Source of the DNA: Cyanophyceae cyanobacterium
Lineage (GTDB): Bacteria; Cyanobacteriota; Cyanobacteriia; Cyanobacteriales; Laspinemataceae
DNA length: 64,000 nt
Direction: 5' to 3'
NCBI GenBank assembly: GCA_038321985.1
Contig: JBBQFN010000003.1
Location: forward strand, 32,001-96,000
Under the pieces are notes generated by a model. The model saw only the letters and a list, made by a program, of their open reading frames with translations. It did not search any database and had not been told where the DNA came from. Shown one piece after another: positions 60,682 through 64,000 of this stretch; the stretch's first letter is position 1; every line of letters begins with the position of its first letter. The position numbers were made by a program, and so were the translations under genes.

Positions 60682-61167
60682 TCAGTCATTTAATCCGGTT
60701 AAACTGTCGGCATAGGGGTTGATAAATTCCGTTTGGAGTAAGGGTGGAGTGCCGTTTTTTTTAGACTGAGAGTTTTGCCCAAGCACCTCTTGTTGGTGGC
60801 GAAGCGCGGGCAGGTGCATTAATTCTTGGCGATAAACTTGGAAAATGCGGTTTAATGAGATGGCGATTCTCTCCCAACTTCCCCGTTCAGTCAATTTGTC
60901 AGCCACTTGTTTAATCAGTTCATCACCTTCGCTATTTTCGACAAAGGCTTGGAGGCGATCGCCATCGGTTAAAACCGTAGCTTGGTAAACTTCTCCCTCG
61001 CACCACCACAATTCCCACTGACTCAGTAACCAAGTTAGCAAGTAGGTTTCTGCATATTGTTCCGTAACCCAACTTGAAATCTGCATAAGCTCCATTTTTG
61101 GTGCATTTAACGGTAAGCGTTGACTCCGGCGATCGCGATCGCTGCTCAGTATATCCCAATCGCTCAC
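60682..61167 (-). CDS. Hypothetical protein
   Basis: 161-aa ORF filling the gap between genes with plausible composition; no motif recognised; start uncertain. Confidence 0.55.
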   Translation of the reverse strand: MSDWDILSSDRDRRSQRLPLNAPKMELMQISSWVTEQYAETYLLTWLLSQWELWWCEGEVYQATVLTDGDRLQAFVENSEGDELIKQVADKLTERGSWERIAISLNRIFQVYRQELMHLPALRHQQEVLGQNSQSKKNGTPPLLQTEFINPYADSLTGLND

Positions 61168-61343
61168 CCTCCATCCGGTTACTCTCTTAAAAATTTACTG
61201 ACTACCTTAAGATCCAATGAGGGAAATTTACCGGAGTGTAAAATAGCCCGCTTGCCAACTTCAGCCTTACTTCTTCATGCTTCATCACCGTTTTTCAGGC
61301 TTCTTGTATGATCAACGAGAACTTTTGACCTTCATTCATCCCC

Positions 61344-62051
61344 ATGAACCCGCCATTTTCTCCTCAAACAATTACTTATTCCCGTGTGATTCACTTGAGT
61401 CACCCCGTCACCCCAGATATCCCGCAATGGCCCGGAGACCCCCCAGTAGAATTCCAGACGATCGCCGAACTAACTACAGAGGGCTATTATGTACGCCGGT
61501 TTTCAATGGGAGAACATAGTGGCACCCACCTCAATGCACCCAATAGCTTTTATCCCGCAGGAGTCGGGATTGATGCTTATCCGGCCGAGTCTTTAGTCGT
61601 ACAGGCTGTAGCGATCGATATCTGTCACCTTGCCGCTGAAAATCCCGATTATACCCTCAGTTGTGCGGATGTATCCGCCTGGGAAGCAGAACATGGACAA
61701 ATCCCTAGGGGGAATATCGTCTTATTATACAGCGGTTGGCAACACAAGTGGTCCAACCCGGAAGCCTTTATCAACCAGGGCCATTTTCCCGGTTTCGCAC
61801 CGGAAACAACTCGATTTTTGCTCGATCGCCGTCAGATTGCCGGGGTGGGAATTGATACGCACGGGGTAGATGGCGGACAAGATTTGAGCTTTGCCACCAA
61901 CCGGCAAGTGTTGGAAGAACCGCGAATTGTTCTGGAAAATCTCACAAATCTGGACAGTCTGCCACCGACGGGAACGACCCTGGCGATCGCGCCGTTGCAG
62001 TTGTACCAGGGTTCGGGTTCTCCCGCTACCGTGTTGGCATTTTTGCCTTGA
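61344..62051 (+). CDS. Cyclase family (kynurenine formamidase-like) metal hydrolase
   Basis: WPGDP, EHSGTHLNAP, GIDT, LENLTNL, GSGSP. Confidence 0.85.
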   Translation: MNPPFSPQTITYSRVIHLSHPVTPDIPQWPGDPPVEFQTIAELTTEGYYVRRFSMGEHSGTHLNAPNSFYPAGVGIDAYPAESLVVQAVAIDICHLAAENPDYTLSCADVSAWEAEHGQIPRGNIVLLYSGWQHKWSNPEAFINQGHFPGFAPETTRFLLDRRQIAGVGIDTHGVDGGQDLSFATNRQVLEEPRIVLENLTNLDSLPPTGTTLAIAPLQLYQGSGSPATVLAFLP

Positions 62052-62117
62052 AAATAGCCTTGTTTATCCGGTTCGGTAAACCTTTGAGCGATCGCCTTTC
62101 CCCTTTGAACCGAACGC

Positions 62118-63875
62118 TCACAAAGTCTCCCCCTTATCTGTGCGTCTGTTGAGATCGAGCCATTGCAATAATGCCTGTTCGAGTTCCGGGGAGAGTTGCA
62201 AGGGTAAGGTTCCCGACCGAACGTGCAAATCTCGTTGGGCAAAAGGAATTTCCACCCCGATATGGTGTAGCAAGGAGAAGATGCGGAAATATAAGTCGCT
62301 TTTGATCCCAAACTGCTGGCTAGGTTCGGATATCCAGATGAGCAGTTCAAAATCTAAAGAACTGCTGCCAAACCCTTTAAAAAAAACCCGGGGTGGGGGA
62401 ACGAGCAACACATCAGGATGCCCCTTGGCTGCGTCTAACAGGGCATTTTCCACCTGGCGCACATCGGAGGTATAGGAGACGCCTACGGGCAGATGCAATC
62501 GAGAGACGGGGTTACGGTGAGACCAATTAATCACCTCGGTTTCCAGAAAGCGGGAGTTCGGCACAATGATAAAAATCCGGTCTAAGGTTTGGATTGTGGT
62601 ACTCCGGCCCCCAATCCGCTCAATAATTCCGACATATTCACCCACTTCGACAAAATCCCCGACTTGGATCCGACGTTCAAAGACAAGGACTATCCCACTG
62701 CCAAAGTTCTTGGCGATATCCTGAAAGCCAAAACCAATCCCCACCCCCAGAGCACTGGCAACGATGGTGAGGGAACTGATATCGAGTCCCCAAAGTTGCA
62801 GGAGGACCACAGTCCCGATGATGATCAGGGAATATTTAGTGACGACGGAGATCGCTTCTTCTGCCCCCCGATTCAGTCCCGCCAGTCGCAAAACCCGCGA
62901 TCGCAGGGCATTCGTCGCAATTCCTGAAATGGCGACTAGAGCAATCAGCATGGCGGTGACGAGGAGTAGATCGATGACGCTGTAGGAGCGTTCCGTTAGG
63001 GTAATAATCGGGGAGGTAAAGGAGGTGATCAGGACATCGGTGATCCGGTAGCTCCATTGGCGAGTGAAGGGGAAAAGGTTGGCAACGTAAAGAGTGGTCC
63101 CCAGTCCCAAGGCAATGCGGAAGAGTGTTCCCAGTAGGGTAAATAACAAATCCAAGGCGCTGTTGGAGTCATCTGCCTCTCCCTCGCCGTTTGTGGATTT
63201 AAAGAGGGCGCGCAAGGGTTGGCGATAGCGTCGCCAGGTTCGGGTCAATAGGTAGTTAAAAGTCAGTGCCGCTAGGAGAATGATAATGGAGTGAATGAGC
63301 GATCGCTGGATAAATTGACCCTGCCGTTCTCGCGTTGATTGTTCCAGGGCTTGTTGAATTTCCCGCATCCAAACTTCAGCTTGAGCTTGGGGGGTGAAGT
63401 TATCCTCCGTATCCCCCGCCGTCACAGTGAGCAAGAGACGATTATTGAGGTAAATCGCGGGCAGTTGATTGGTTTCTCGCACCTCTAGTTCAAAGGGCAT
63501 GGCGGAATCTGCAACCGATTGGAGCTGATTTTGAATCACGCTGGCGCGAACATCGGCGGGATATTCCCCCGCACGAGAAACCGAAAAAAGGCGTCTCCCA
63601 TCCAAGCTGACCCCCGCTTGTGCTTGTTGGAGTTCCCGATTGATCCATTCGGACCGAAACTGCGCGATGTAGTGCTCCGGTTGCGCCGCTGCGATCGCCT
63701 CGGTTAGGGGGGGTTTAGGGGTAAACCTGTTCACTGTGGAAGGGTTCAGTGTGGCTCCGGCACTGTGAATCCCAGCCAAGGACAGGAGTCCCGTGAGTGC
63801 AATAGCGATCGCCAGCCCACCGAAGGGTTTAATTTTCCAAAGTTGAGAGGGATTAACAGTTTTTCTTGGTTTCAC
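62118..63875 (-). CDS. MscS-family mechanosensitive channel with large periplasmic N-terminus
   Basis: GVGIGFGFQDIAKNF, GDFVEVG, VPNS, VINWS, FGSSSLDFEL, EIPFAQRDLH. Confidence 0.92.
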   Translation of the reverse strand: MKPRKTVNPSQLWKIKPFGGLAIAIALTGLLSLAGIHSAGATLNPSTVNRFTPKPPLTEAIAAAQPEHYIAQFRSEWINRELQQAQAGVSLDGRRLFSVSRAGEYPADVRASVIQNQLQSVADSAMPFELEVRETNQLPAIYLNNRLLLTVTAGDTEDNFTPQAQAEVWMREIQQALEQSTRERQGQFIQRSLIHSIIILLAALTFNYLLTRTWRRYRQPLRALFKSTNGEGEADDSNSALDLLFTLLGTLFRIALGLGTTLYVANLFPFTRQWSYRITDVLITSFTSPIITLTERSYSVIDLLLVTAMLIALVAISGIATNALRSRVLRLAGLNRGAEEAISVVTKYSLIIIGTVVLLQLWGLDISSLTIVASALGVGIGFGFQDIAKNFGSGIVLVFERRIQVGDFVEVGEYVGIIERIGGRSTTIQTLDRIFIIVPNSRFLETEVINWSHRNPVSRLHLPVGVSYTSDVRQVENALLDAAKGHPDVLLVPPPRVFFKGFGSSSLDFELLIWISEPSQQFGIKSDLYFRIFSLLHHIGVEIPFAQRDLHVRSGTLPLQLSPELEQALLQWLDLNRRTDKGETL

Positions 63876-64000
63876 GACTCAGCTCAATGGCTTGATTTTG
63901 GACTCCCTCGACATGGAAAGCCCGTGTTTAGTTTTCCTTATTTTGCCATTCTCTAGAGAAAAAAAACCTCGCTGATCCTATGGTTTTTGGTATTTTAAAG

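Larger units (their letters stand above)
1..64000. repeat. HIP1 octamer GCGATCGC dispersed throughout the window
   Basis: Dozens of copies (e.g. 2458-2465), diagnostic of many cyanobacterial chromosomes. Confidence 0.95.

Noticed and set aside
1018..63956. Many 60-170 aa ORFs antisense to or overlapping the assigned genes (e.g. 3575-4027, 33557-34024, 61832-62350)
   Set aside because: They are shadow ORFs of well-supported genes, with no motifs of their own.

Overview
Chromosomal window from a filamentous cyanobacterium. The HIP1 octamer GCGATCGC is abundant, and chlP, rpaA, ntcB, fraCDE and hps genes are present; the repeat types suggest Oscillatoriales such as Oscillatoria/Laspinema, which is an inference. 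Most of the window is core or lineage-typical: the end of a type I secretion ABC/HlyD pair, two sensor adenylate cyclases, dTDP-rhamnose genes (rfbC-rfbD-rfbA) with glycosyltransferases, glmM, the gliding-motility polysaccharide genes hpsL/N/O/P, a peptide ABC pair, chlP, rpaA, a nitrate-assimilation accessory cluster (nirB-porin-ntcB-cnaT-mobA, with a canonical NtcA promoter), fraCDE, larE, cobO, a ClC-CBS-USP protein, pmbA, tab2, rtcA, two SH3b-like secreted paralogs and an MscS channel. I saw no tRNA, rRNA, CRISPR array or intact transposase. The best candidate for an undescribed system is a translationally coupled two-gene cassette, a Schlafen/AlbA_2-GHKL protein plus an orphan ParA-like ATPase, between glmM and hpsL. 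Other notable points: an HlyD whose hairpin arms each carry 7x14-aa repeats; an MFS gene interrupting the rfb operon with a decayed rfbD 3' duplicate left in front of rfbA; a sensor-less STAND ATPase next to a Ser/Thr kinase lacking the Gly-rich loop; and a ClC with Gln at the gating-Glu position. All gene names come from motif recognition, not database searches.
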